From Leidyana gryllorum EB-2025a (taxonomy: Eukaryota > Protista > Apicomplexa): a stretch of DNA of 64,000 bases. The stretch covers positions 1 to 64,000 of the forward strand of contig JBLWGC010000202.1 of NCBI GenBank assembly GCA_048772705.1, written 5' to 3'. This document shows, piece by piece, positions 26,008-37,850 of this stretch. A program made the translations under genes and the position numbers. Every line of letters begins with the position of its first letter. Position 1 is the stretch's first letter. The notes below the pieces were generated by a model that worked only from the letters and a program-made list of their open reading frames with translations, made no database searches and had not been told where the DNA came from.

Positions 26008-26895
26008 ATGGGATCTGTGGAAATTGATCCCTTCCCGGTTGGTCAGACGAGTAACCGTCACCAATACTATGAGAGTGGTGAAGGCGAATATGAGAGCGTC
26101 GATCAGCGGGAAGACACGCGAAGAGATTTGGTAGCGAGCGTTCGTCAGATGGAAGATCTGATTGTGAATATGAGGGAGGTCACTGTAAGGTTGGCTGCCC
26201 GAGTGGATGACTTGGAGCAGCGTTTACGGACGGACTACAATGGGTTAAAGACTGAGATTAACGGTCGGGTGGCATTGCATTCCTGGCTGAAACGAGGATA
26301 CGGTATATCGATTGTGAATGATTTGGTGACCGAATTGACTTTGGAGTGGGGAACAGCTGGGAATGGAAGAGAGTATAATAAGAGATTAAATCGTGTGTGG
26401 CCTTCGGCTGTTTGCGGGGCGTTGGCGTATAATGGTACGAACAATCGCGCATTATTTTTCCCGCATAAGGGAGTGACTTGTGTTCAAATTGATTTATTTG
26501 CTCGGATTACTTACAAACCCGGATGGCCACCAGTGGCGGCTCTGACACCCATATCGGATCGTGAGCCTCCCGAGGTTCATGGATTGGCCGTTTTTGAAGT
26601 GACCAAAGTCGATCTAAGTGTCGACCTTCGGACATTCTTCCCCAAATTAATGCAATTGGAGAAACAGCTGTACGCTGTGTGCCACTATTATGACTGCGAT
26701 GATCTGACTTTACTCTTTTACGCTGTCGGCCTTATCAGCCCATACTTCACCACCTCCGATACAATGGCGGATACCCTACATTTTTATATGACCTCCAGTC
26801 AGATCGCCCTCGCTGCTCCACGCTGCAGAACGTTATACGACTCCGGCAGATTCCACTTTCTCAACCTCTCCGCCGAATCCGCAGCCGTTGGATGA
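26008..26895 (+). CDS. Intronless coiled-coil protein with possible PD-(D/E)xK-like domain
   Basis: Heptad segment followed by QIDLFAR..AVFEVTK..KLMQLEKQL. Confidence 0.55.
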   Translation: MGSVEIDPFPVGQTSNRHQYYESGEGEYESVDQREDTRRDLVASVRQMEDLIVNMREVTVRLAARVDDLEQRLRTDYNGLKTEINGRVALHSWLKRGYGISIVNDLVTELTLEWGTAGNGREYNKRLNRVWPSAVCGALAYNGTNNRALFFPHKGVTCVQIDLFARITYKPGWPPVAALTPISDREPPEVHGLAVFEVTKVDLSVDLRTFFPKLMQLEKQLYAVCHYYDCDDLTLLFYAVGLISPYFTTSDTMADTLHFYMTSSQIALAAPRCRTLYDSGRFHFLNLSAESAAVG

Positions 26896-26950
26896 ACTAC
26901 AAATCGCATGCACGTTATTTTGTGGGGCGAACAAGTCTGAATACGCTAAA

Positions 26951-27596
26951 ATGTCCGATCAAGATCAACCTCAACAGGAGGCTGCTGCTTTCGAGCCCAA
27001 CCCATATCAAGCCTATCTACCAGGCTATCCCAAGAGAGCCGTCGAAGGACTCTTCCCCAAACCCGAAATCTCTGAACGCATTTTTGCTCAGGCTGGCACT
27101 GCTGCGTACAACTGTAAGTCGCCACACAAAACGTCATCAAATAATCATCAACAGGGCACCAGGTTGAAGATATCACCAGCGACAAACCGAATCCGGTAAG
27201 CAACCGTCTTCACTTGGGGGGGGGGGGAGGGTGTCCTCCTACCGCTCTCCAATCCCACGCAAAATCACACTCACTCACTCACCCATTCACTCACTCTCGC
27301 AGAACACTCAATGGAAGGCGATTGATCCCGCAGTTTTGTATGTAAACTGTATGCCCTGGACCGCTTACCCCTTCGGCATTCCGGTGTCCGACCAGCCCTG
27401 CCCTTACTACAAGCCCCCCAAGCGCGAGGTCACCGCTCCTAGCTGGACCGAGTCCAGCAGCGAGTCCTCCCCCAGCCAATCTTTCTCTGACTCCACATCC
27501 TCCGAAAACATTCTCAAACCCTCCACAAAACACTCTATGGAGCGAAGAATGCGCGAGATGGAGCAATCTATCGCCTACGGATGGACTGGAAAGTGA
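26951..27596 (+). CDS. Small spliced hypothetical protein
   Basis: MSDQDQPQ start in an A-rich context, GT-AG introns, last exon ends AYGWTGK. Confidence 0.5.
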
Positions 27597-27703
27597 TCAA
27601 CAAACCTTTCTCCCATCACATTGTATCTTAGTATCTCTGCCGAGTTGTGTTGCTGACTGTGTTGTGTGCTCTATGTTCGGTATTTCGCGTCATATGGACG
27701 GCA

Positions 27704-28327
27704 TTATTGATAGTAAGGGAATGATATGTAAACTTCACGCGGATTATGGAACCAAGTCAGAGGTTGATATATAATGTCCGCTGGCTCCAACCACAATCCA
27801 CTGTGCTTCTCAAGCGGGGTGTACAAATCAGTTATCAATTCCGGCTCGGTGGCCATCACCAGGTGCTGCCAGTCCTTTCGAATGTACTGGATCACCCGAC
27901 TCAGAAACTCAGACTCAGCAGTCAGCGCAATCCAGTGCTTTGCACATCCCGCAAAGCACCCAAACTCGCCAGTGCCTTTTTTGCAGGTCTCCTTGATCTT
28001 ATTCTCATTTTCAGCCTTAATTCGCTTCCAAGTCTCTATAAAAAGGTTCCACACACCGTGTGTGCTCCTTCACTCACCCCCTATTTCGGGTGCCAGAAAG
28101 TCTATATCCAAGAATGTTGCAGCGTGAGCTGCCCACGGATTGAAATGCGATATCCAATTGGTATTGCCATCTTCCTGCGAATCATTTCGCCCAGGTGGCG
28201 GTGGCTTGGAAGCCGCTGGTGGGGGCGCTGCTTTGGCCTTTAAAGGTGTCTGAGTGGCTGTCTTAGATGGGGGGGGAGGTGCTTTAGCTGGCTTGCTTTT
28301 AGTAGGGGGAGGTTTGGCCGCTTTCAT
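27704..28327 (-). CDS. Hypothetical protein with Lys/Pro-rich N-terminus, 2 exons
   Basis: A gtgagt..tttatag intron joins the two ORFs in frame. Confidence 0.55.
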
Positions 28328-28449
28328 GCTCTTAGACAGAACAAAAAAATGATTTCGAACTCTGGTGCACACAATGGGTATTTAGTTTTTTCATTGCAGT
28401 CGCAAGTTTTTTGGCGTCTCGGTCTTAGCAATAAGACACTTCCTGGAAA

Positions 28450-29329
28450 ATGGTAACCTCATTGTGACTTAGAACGATTGCGGACACTATGATTAAACTC
28501 AGGTTTGTGGATTCAAGAAACATCTGAAGCGGATTGCCACTCCCCGGCACTGGTGTTTGGACAAGCTCACTGGAGTTTACGCCCCCAGACCCAGCTCCGG
28601 TCCCCACAAGCTTCGCGACTGCTTGCCGCTCGCTCTGTTGCTCCGCAACCGTCTGAAGTACGCTCTTACTTATGACGAGGTCAAGCTGATTGTTATGCAA
28701 CGTCACATCAAGATTGATGGGAAAGTTCGCACTGACAAGACCTTCCCCTGCGGTTTCATGGGTGAGTAGTCTTTGGAGAGGAATTGATGTCACAATGCGT
28801 ATTGTTTGCAGATGTCATCAGCATTGAAAAGACCGGCAAGCACTTCCGGATGTTGTACGACGTTAAGGGCCGCTTCCAGCCTCACAAGATCAACGCTGAT
28901 GAGGCTTCTTATAAGCTCTGCCGTGTTCGCAAGGTCATGATTGGCAAGAAGGGTATCCCCTATGCTTACCTTCATGATGGCCGCACTGTCCGCTATGCCC
29001 ACCCTGACGTCAAGGTCAACGACTCTCTCAAGATCGACCTCAAGACTGGCAAGCCTCTTGATCACTTGAAGTTCGTTGAGGGTGCCCTCGCCATGATCAC
29101 CTCCGGTCGTTCGATCGGTCGTGTGGGTCAGGTCATCACTCACGACCGCCACCCCGGTTCCGTTGACATGGTCACTCTCAAGGACGCTCGTGGAGAGATC
29201 TTCTCCACTCGTTCCGAGAACGTGTTCATCATCGGTTCTGAGAACAAGGCTCTGGTCACTCTGCCCCGTGAGAAGGGTGTGAGAAAGAGCATTCTCGAGC
29301 AGCAGAAGGAACGTGTTAGCCGTCATTAA
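28450..29329 (+). CDS. RPS4: 40S ribosomal protein S4 (eS4), 3 exons; the first coding exon is the ATG only
   Basis: [62 protein letters not shown]. Introns 28453-28502 and about 28762-28810. Confidence 0.97.
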
Positions 29330-29417
29330 ACAAACCAGATCCAAACTGAGTCGCCATTAAACGAACCGCAATCCACAAATCTAGTCACCATCTGGTGCTG
29401 ATTCCCTAAACGTTCAC

Positions 29418-30101
29418 TCAGAGTTCTGTCTTGAGTAGCAGTTGTTCGTAGGATCTGTGTCCATCAATGTTCTGGAAGGCTTCGAGCATGAAAGCCGAAA
29501 GATCACCGGTGTTCAGGCAGGTTCTTCGTTCCACAGGTTTGACAATGGCAAAATAACGTTCGAAAAAGGTCTGCCTCCGGCAGAGCACTTTCTCATAATC
29601 GAAGTATCCTTTGGAACCATAGATTGCCCGACACAGGAGCGGCCCGTGACACTGAAAGACTGGTGAGGAACATATCTCTGGTTGAGAGCACACGCGTGTG
29701 TGCTATGAGCTTACAGAGTCTGCGTAGCCTTTTAGACGAACTCAGTAGGGTACGAAACTGGTCGGATACAAGTTTGACCGTTTCTGAGAGTTGTGGGTTT
29801 TCAGGGGGAACTATCTGGTCTCACCGTCCACCAATAGCATGTATTCCTGGAAGTTGAAGGGAAGCTCGGGTGGCAGACGAGCTCTAAGCTTGTCAAACCG
29901 TTCATGCCTTTCTGCAGTTCTGATTCTATCGATGGCATCGTCTATCTGCTGATCGAATGGGAGCGCTTGAAAGTCGGGAACATCAGGCTTTGCAACCTGC
30001 CACCAGCGGATTTTGGGAGGATGGGTTGTCGAAGTGGTGGTGGTAGCTGTATTTTCCGCATAAGCGACGAGGATGGAGAGGAAAGTGGACGTCAAGTGCA
30101 T
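29418..30101 (-). CDS. Hypothetical, possibly secreted protein (spliced)
   Basis: MHLTSTFLSILVAYA signal-like start and a Thr run. Exon structure is approximate. Confidence 0.4.
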
Positions 30102-30278
30102 TTTAGTACAGAACAGACAAACGCACACATGGATGTCATTAGGGTTTCCTGTGTGCGTCGTCTAGGTGACCTAATGCTTGAAGGTAAAATAGATCAAATA
30201 AACATCAGCGAGCGGATCTTGATCGATTCTCACTCTTTCACTGATAGTTAGTAGAATTCATCAATCTCAAGGTGGAAG

Positions 30279-33200
30279 ATGAAGGTTCCGTGTCTTCACA
30301 TTGTTGGTCACGTCATCCCGTGCCCCCACGCTCATCTAATTGACGATTCAATCCTGAGTGGCATCAGTCCGAAGCTGCTATACGCGCTGCGGAATTCCGA
30401 GTACTATACTCCGCGCAGTGGTCCTGAGTCTCGTGCGCTGAGTGAAATCCCCGATCCCTTTACTGTTGAGCTGCCTAATGACGCTTCTGGTGACGACGAG
30501 CGTGCGAATGACGCTTCTGGTGACGAGCGGGCGAATGACGCTTCTGATGACGAGCGGGCGAATGACGCTTCTGGTGATGAGGAGGCGAATGACGCTTCGG
30601 GAGAGGGTTCTGAAGGCGATGGTTCGGGCGAGGACGAGTTGGACGACATTTCGGGCGAGGAGGAGGGTGACGGCGGTTGGGGTGCGAACCTGGAAGATGA
30701 GCCTTGGGATCCGTCATTGGACGAAACCGACCATCTGTCGGATATCGTTCTGCACGCCGAGGCCATGGCTTCTCCGCGAGGCTTTACTGAAGAAAGAGAT
30801 CACAATAAAAAGTCTGAAACCACGGGCACCGTATTCGATCATTTCATAGTCGAGGGTGATATGGTTCGTATCGTGACCGAGCCTTTTATACCTGTTCGAC
30901 TTGACCCCTTTGACTATCCTGCCCCCTTCGACGTCAAGGCCGCGGCGGCGGCGAGTGCTGCGGCTATGAACTCATTGTCTGACGAAGCTTCCTCGAGTGC
31001 GTTTGACCATCCTGCCCCTTCGAGGCAAGACGGGGCGGCAGCAGGGGTTACGATAGAAGACAAGTCTGTAATGTCTGAGGAGAGCGATATTGGTTCATCT
31101 GTTGCTTCGGAAGAGTTCCATGAAGAGCTTTTCTTCGGGGATGATCGAGATTTCGATGTTTTCGATCTAAGACAGTTGACGGAGTTCAATCGGAAGGACT
31201 TCCACAGCTTGGACGAGATGGTGTCGATACAGTGTCTGTTGGACTTGGACCTGTGGTATCGCCTGGAACTGCAACGAACCAACGATCGGTACCCTGAGAA
31301 CGAGTATGCTGAGCACAGGGTGCGGGCGAACCACGCGAGGCGAGCCGACCGAAGACTCCGAATAATCGACGCTGAGCCCATGAAGATCGGCCAACTTCCA
31401 GATGGCTCTTCCATGGCAGATGTTGACGGGTGGAGGAGTTGGATGGCTGTTTACGGCGAGATGTTCGACCAGTCGTCCAACGACCCCTCGAAACCGTTGA
31501 AGAGGAGACATGTGCCTCGTTTGAGCTCCAAGCAACCGCCTCCAGAGTATTCCGATGAGCAAATCCTCGATAAACTAACTCTGAGTGCGCCCGACGGTGA
31601 AGATGAACAGTACTTCTTGGAACTGTTCCGGTTACCCATCGCCGCATTCCGACCTAAAGCTCTTAACGTCTTGATGTCTCTCGTCTCAAGACGGTACGAC
31701 CCATCTGGGCCTGAGACAGCACTCGTCTCTGCATCAAAGGCTCAGACTGGCGACGATGACGGGGCGAGGGTATCCGCCCTGCCGTCTTTGAGCCACCCTG
31801 TAACTGGCTCCCCTGTAAACGCCGTGGAAGAGGATCTGATGGTTGGCGGAGGACAAATCGTGCGCGCCCCGAGCGGTCTGTCTGATTCGTCGGACGTGTT
31901 CCTCTGCGCGAAAGACTCCGCGCCAAAGGACCAATTCAACCCTAAGATTACCAGCGAAACTGCCACGGGCACTGCAACACAGACTTTGCACAGCTCTGAC
32001 CCCGTCAAGACTCAGATCGAAAGCGTAACACCCGAGATCTGGTTGGCAACCGAGGCCGAGAGAAATCTGCTGATTCGGAATGCTCGATTTGAGAACTTTT
32101 GCCGCTGGCGTGATGCGTGGCTCACGCACAGAAGCGAAGTTCAGCAGCGGCCGCTTCCGGTGGTAAATGATCGCGAGACCTATATGACAGAGAATGACGT
32201 CGAGTGGAAGGAACCAAGCGACTATATCCAAAACGCTCTGCCGGTCTCGAGATACTTGAAGACTGGAAACCCCTTCGATGAGTCCGATGATGAGTACGAC
32301 GAACAAAAGGCTTTGGCAGAAGTTGAAGCTGAGGCTGAGAGGAGTAAATTGGCAGCTGAAATGATCATTGGTATTGGCGGCCGGAACTTTGTCAACGACA
32401 TTGCCGACTATTTGGACGGCAGAATCCACCATGTGGACATCCGCCGCAACAGTCACAACCGCATGTTGGGCGGCGACCTCCCGCCGACCTCCAATTATTA
32501 TGTCTTCGCGGGCGCGGGCGAAATCGATAAGAACAAGAAGACAGTCGCTCGCTACGATGGCTGTCTGAAAATCAAAACCGCCCGCATTGAAGCCCGGATG
32601 CAACATAGAAACTGTAATAAGCGGCTCGTCTATCAGCCGATCGTTAGTCATATCCGCCGCCTCGAGTATCAGTGCCCGGAATGCGGCCGCCAGGCATGTC
32701 TTGGACCCACTCTGCAAGAAAGGGCTTACGCCAAACCGACCGTCCGAGTCGCTCCCTTAGGGTTCAAGACCACCTCCCTTCCTCCAACCACTCCGGCGCT
32801 GCGGGGCTCGGCTTCTAGCGATTATGGCAGTGGATCCTCCACACCTAAACTCACTGAAGACCTCTCCCCGAGCGAAGTTCACATCAAAGACCTCTTCGGA
32901 ATCTCTCACCACGGACTCTCGAAGAGTACTAAGAAACTGCTCGGATTCCCCACCAAGCCCGGCGAACACACCACCGAACCCCGTGTCCAACAGGACATCA
33001 GTGATCTCCTCAACTCCTCGGGAGCCAGTGAAGATGCAGAAATTACCCGACCCCGTGGATGGCGAAGCCGCCGCTTGGATGCCATTCTGGAACACCCTTC
33101 CGACTCAGAGGTAAGCGATGGTGCAGAAAATATAACATCTCTTTCCTCACAGACGCGTCACCGAAATCGCGCTCCAACCACCAAACACACCGTCGAAGAG

Positions 33201-34430
33201 CTCAAGAATCTATACATTCTGGATCCTGTACAGAGAGCTTTGTCAATGGAACTCGAAGCCCGACTACGCTCCAAATGTGCCAAGCGAGTTGCCTTCAGAG
33301 CAAAGCGGGTGAGGGACAACGGCGGCGACATCAATGACCACGTCGGAGCAATGTACGGGGGCACTCATAGGTCGGACGAGTCCTCCTCCTCCGACGATCT
33401 CGACCACACAGCGCCACCAGGTGAGGACGAGACTGACACTCGCTCAATACCAAATCCACTCAGCTAACGTTCCTGCTCCAGTGAACACTCGTCCGGCTCC
33501 TCGAAAGCACAGGCTAGGATTCTTCAGACGCCACCGCAAGAACTCTCAGAACGATACGAGCAATCTTGTCAGCAACAGCCCCGCAACGTTGGAGGACGGT
33601 TGGAAAGAATTCGAATTATCAGTACTACGATCACGGGCTTTGTGCACTTCCGACGATTGGAGCATTGGACCCGAGTTCACTACCTTCCCAGGTATTTGCC
33701 ACTTACATCTCACTTGCCATACTTTGCCGCCGCCACCTCAGACTCCTTGGACATTACTCCCACCGAGGGACGCAGAGCGACAAGCAGATCACAACGATTC
33801 ATTGAGAAAATGAAAAAAGGAGGTACGTTGCCTGCGACCTCCGACCCGCCCTCGGCCTTGACTACTGCACCCGACACACATGAGCGGACAACCACTGCTT
33901 CTTCGACTGTTGAGAACAAAGTTGGAAAACGGTCGTCAGATGATCCTGGAAAGGCGGATTTGACACCTTGCCAACCTTCATCGTCCTCCCACAAATCAAA
34001 GGCCGACGCACACGTGTGTGCTACACCGTCGGATCCTGTGTATGTCCTCCATGATTCCACGGATATAACACCCAGTGATGAACGAATTGATCTGTTATTG
34101 CAGGTCGTCGATTCTTTAAATGATTCCAAGGTCCGCTCCGCAATGCAACGAAGAATTCGCGAGCTGAAAGCTCGTCTTAACCGAATTGAAGAACCTGAAC
34201 CTTGTCCGCCTTTACGGACAAACAATTCTTTTATTTTACGTCGACGATCCGCCGAAGATCGAATTCGGAGACTTGAGAGGGAGTCCGACGAGAAAAACGG
34301 ACGGCTTCCCCCCCAGGATCCTGCCGAGTATATGGTCTTCAGAAGTCAGGCTGGCGCTCGAGACGCTTTAGATCCGAAGCGCTGGCCAGAATTGAAACAT
34401 CTCACCGAGACGGCAAGCCTTGATAAGTAG
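30279..34430 (+). CDS. Large acidic low-complexity hypothetical protein (about 1350 aa), 3 exons
   Basis: Introns 33421-33463 and 33692-33741 join three ORFs in frame. Possible zinc ribbon HRNC..CPEC. Confidence 0.6.
30477..30606 (+). repeat. Coding minisatellite, about 5 units of 27-30 nt (NDASGDERA)
   Basis: aatgacgcttc recurs five times. Confidence 0.9.
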
Positions 34431-34463
34431 ATAGATATTGGCGTTAATGTCTCGGACCAGGTA

Positions 34464-35523
34464 TTACAATGATTTGATGACTTGTCTCAACAAGGTTCTC
34501 ATGGCGAGGCCCAATCTAAGTAAAATGGCGTCAGTCGGGCGCTCGCTGACCAGGTCAAGTGCGGCCAGTGATGCCGTTTGATGAGCTATGAGGTTCAAAC
34601 GATTCCTCAATAGCGCAATTACTCGTTTCCGCAAAGGTTTCTGAAGCTTCTCAAATTGGCCGCCATGTGAGAGTAAGCCAGCGATTGTAGGCCTGGCAAA
34701 GTATGCGTAGTACATCAATGATTCTATCAATATAGCTGTGGTCTAACCTTAATACACTTTGATTAGATTCTAATTCCATTTGAGTGCTGTCGAACAAGTC
34801 GTTGATTGTCTGTGCAAGACTGTACACCATTTGATCTGCGGGGGTGGACAGCCCTTTAGTTGCATATCGGCTGACTCTGCTGCAAATGTACTTCAGTTGA
34901 CGCAGCGCATCCGCAATATGAGCCTCCGGGTCTGCGAACGAAGAAATATCTTCAATGACCATCACCGCCACTCAACACTCACATCTCACATTTGTAAGCT
35001 CTGTCATATAGTCCCGCGGAGCTCCGGCAGAGCCCGCTTTGATGACTTTGCGGACTCTCGAATCTCCGGAAAAGTTGGCACCTAATGCCAAAGGATTGAT
35101 ATTGGTTTGGAGGATGCGCTCATTTAAGGTCTGCCATAGGGCAGCATCGTTGCTCCCGCTGTTGTCAACGATCTTCCGATCCGCTCCGACCACATTGTCT
35201 ATCATATTGTGGGAGACTAGCTGTCTGTTGCTGGAAGGGCCAATGCCGTTATACCCCCCTGTTGCTCCTCCCAATGGAACCCAAGAGCCATCAGCCTCCT
35301 CGTAGTAAAGATTGCCGTCATCAGCTTTCAGGTACAAATTGCCGTCTTCTCTCTCCACGAACACATTGCCTTCCTGATCTTTGACACCCCACTCCTCCCC
35401 GTCAAAAACCCATACCATCCCCTCAGCATCAACTTGAACCCAATCTAATCCATCAAACTGCCAATCTGGACTCTGATCGCCCTCGGGAGGGTAAAAACGA
35501 GCCTGAGGTTCCAGTTCCGCCAT
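34464..35523 (-). CDS. Hypothetical protein with N-terminal aromatic DG-turn beta-hairpin repeats, spliced
   Basis: WQFDGLDW, WVFDGEEW, EDGNLY, DDGNLYY, ADGSW; three ORFs in series. Confidence 0.55.
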
Positions 35524-35548
35524 AAAATTAATTCACCCCTCACAGCAA

Positions 35549-36401
35549 ATGGCATGCTCAAAGTATGAGTATGTCAAAGATTTCGAGGCTGACCCCGTAT
35601 TACTACCAAATACCTACATTGTATGCCGCCTTGATGGCCGGGGGTTCACCAGGTATGGATATTATGGGTTGAGCTGACGCTGCATATTCTTGTTCTCCGT
35701 CTCTGCCAACCAACAGGCTCACCCATGCGTGCAACTTCGTCAAGCCTAATGATGTCCGAGCGTTGGACGTAATGAATCGAGCTGCCTTGGCGGTAATGGA
35801 GGCACACACTGACGTCGTACTGGCGTACGGGCAGTCCGATGAATATTCATTCGTATTACGGCCTGAAAGTGCGCTGTTCAAACGCCGGCATCAGTAAGGG
35901 TATCTCGTCTCATCACCACACACACGTGCGTGCTGTCCTTTCAGAAAGATCTTGACCACCATAGTTTCTCATTTCACTGCCGCTTATGTGCGTGAATTCT
36001 ACCAAACCTTCCAAGACGTCGATCCAGCGGTAGTGCTACCAACATTCGATGGGCGGATTGTTTTGTACCCGACCGTACAAAACCTACGGGACTATCTAAG
36101 CTGGAGGCAGGTGGATTGTCATATAAACAATCTGCACAATACCTGCTTCTGGGGACTGGTACAGAAGGCCAACATGACCAAAGCTGACGCCTATCAGAAG
36201 ATGTTAGGCACCAATTCGGGTGAAAAGAATGAGTTGCTCTTTACAGTATGCGGGATCAACTACAACGACGAGCCGGAACAGTTCAGAAAAGGCACAACGC
36301 TCTATCGCTCAGCCACTTCGAAGAAAGACATCAGCATCGGTCACATGGATATAATTGGCGACCATTTCTGGACCCATAATGCAGCGCACATTCTTGGATA
36401 A
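35549..36401 (+). CDS. THG1: tRNA(His) guanylyltransferase, 3 exons
   Basis: MACSKYEYVKDFE, CRLDGRGF, KPND, AYGQSDEYSF, FDGRIVLYP, YLSWRQVDCHINNL, EKNELLF, GINYN. Confidence 0.96.
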
Positions 36402-36462
36402 CATCAAACAGACACGCAACACACACATCCACGAAGATATAGTAATTCTTCATCGCACAAAT

Positions 36463-37585
36463 ATGATGGTGCCCTATATGGTCTATATCCTCGACACAGA
36501 TGTGGCTCGAGGTGTTGTGCAGGTGCTATGCGATGATTTACGGCGGTTTGGCGTGCGCTATGTCACGGTAGGTCTCCAAGTCGGCACCAATCTTTCCATT
36601 GGTCGTACTGCAGCCCATTTCATCGTTTGAAGAACTCTGCTGTGGCGTTGATAAGGACCCCTGCCCATCCTATCTGATTTGTTCCGCAGAAGCGGCATAC
36701 GATGTGAGTTACCACTGGCACACTTGATCACCATATCGATCAATCTTTTTGCTGCAGTCCATTGTGGAGCGTCTTGAGAGGAACCCACACATGTATCTGG
36801 ACGGTGTCCTACTCTTCTGCGGGCCCCACGAGGCGTATTACACCCGTTGGGCTCTCGGACATCCGAGTGTGGTCTTTCTGTCTCACAATTTGAAGGAAGT
36901 ACGTCGTGCGATGTGCTGGCTGCTCTGTGGTGGTAGTTTTTCGGCCTCGGGTGATGCAGTGGCTCCCGTGCACATGCGCGAAGCCCAGATGGCAATGCGT
37001 CGTGACTGTCCGCCACCTCCGGGTATGGCAGGCTTTCCCCATGCCGTTGCACCTATGCATCATCAAACCCGTCGCGTTGTCAGTCCGACAACCAGGCCAT
37101 TGAACAAGCCTAAGGGGGTCAAGCCTCCTTCACCTGTGCATAAGAACCCGGGCAGCGGCCATCTGACCGCTACAGCTAATCCCCTCCAAAGCGTGTTGGA
37201 GGCCGAGTTGGGTCAGATTGCCTCCGCTGAGGCAGCTGCTGCCCGTAGCTCCTGTGGTGGTTCTCACAAGAACAGCACATTAGAGGAAGAAGGTATGCCT
37301 GCTCGCTGCAGATCGGAGCCCGATGACGTAGGAGGGAGTCACCAACAACGTGGTGTTGGAGTTAAAGAAGTTTGTTCTGTGGTTGCGGCTGCTGTTGGGA
37401 ACCAACTGCCGCAAGGACCTGCTACCACAACTAACGAGATCGAATCTTCGGGAAAGACGCATATCCATAGGGCGTCGACAGAAACAACGGCTTCCTTGAA
37501 TTCAAATGACGCTGTTTGCCCTGATGATAGGCTGGCTGACATTGCCCAACTGCTAACTCTATTGGAGGCGTTGGGTGTGCACTGA
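36463..37585 (+). CDS. Hypothetical protein (spliced)
   Basis: Globular-looking N-terminal exons and a low-complexity tail. No family recognised. Confidence 0.45.
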
Positions 37586-37850
37586 ACGATACACAGCGAA
37601 AGTCAGTCGACTTGATTGTCTATAGATCTCTCGACCGATAGTGAAGAATTAAGCCCAGAAATCTTTGGGAAGTCACAGGGGCAGCTATGATATGATATTT
37701 TCCCTTTGTTATTGTCCTTTGTATCGAGTCTCATCTCCTTTTCGTTCAGTTTGGAGCGCAGTTAGACTTTTCCGGTGACTCGCTCGCCCGCTCGCAATTC
37801 GCTTTTGTCAAGCAGACCAGTTTGTTCAGTCCAAGGTATTTGTCGATATG

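Noticed and set aside
28790-29344. 184-aa minus-strand ORF
   Set aside because: Antisense shadow of RPS4.
30477-30606. Possible CRISPR-like array
   Set aside because: In-frame coding minisatellite without unique spacers, in a eukaryotic context.
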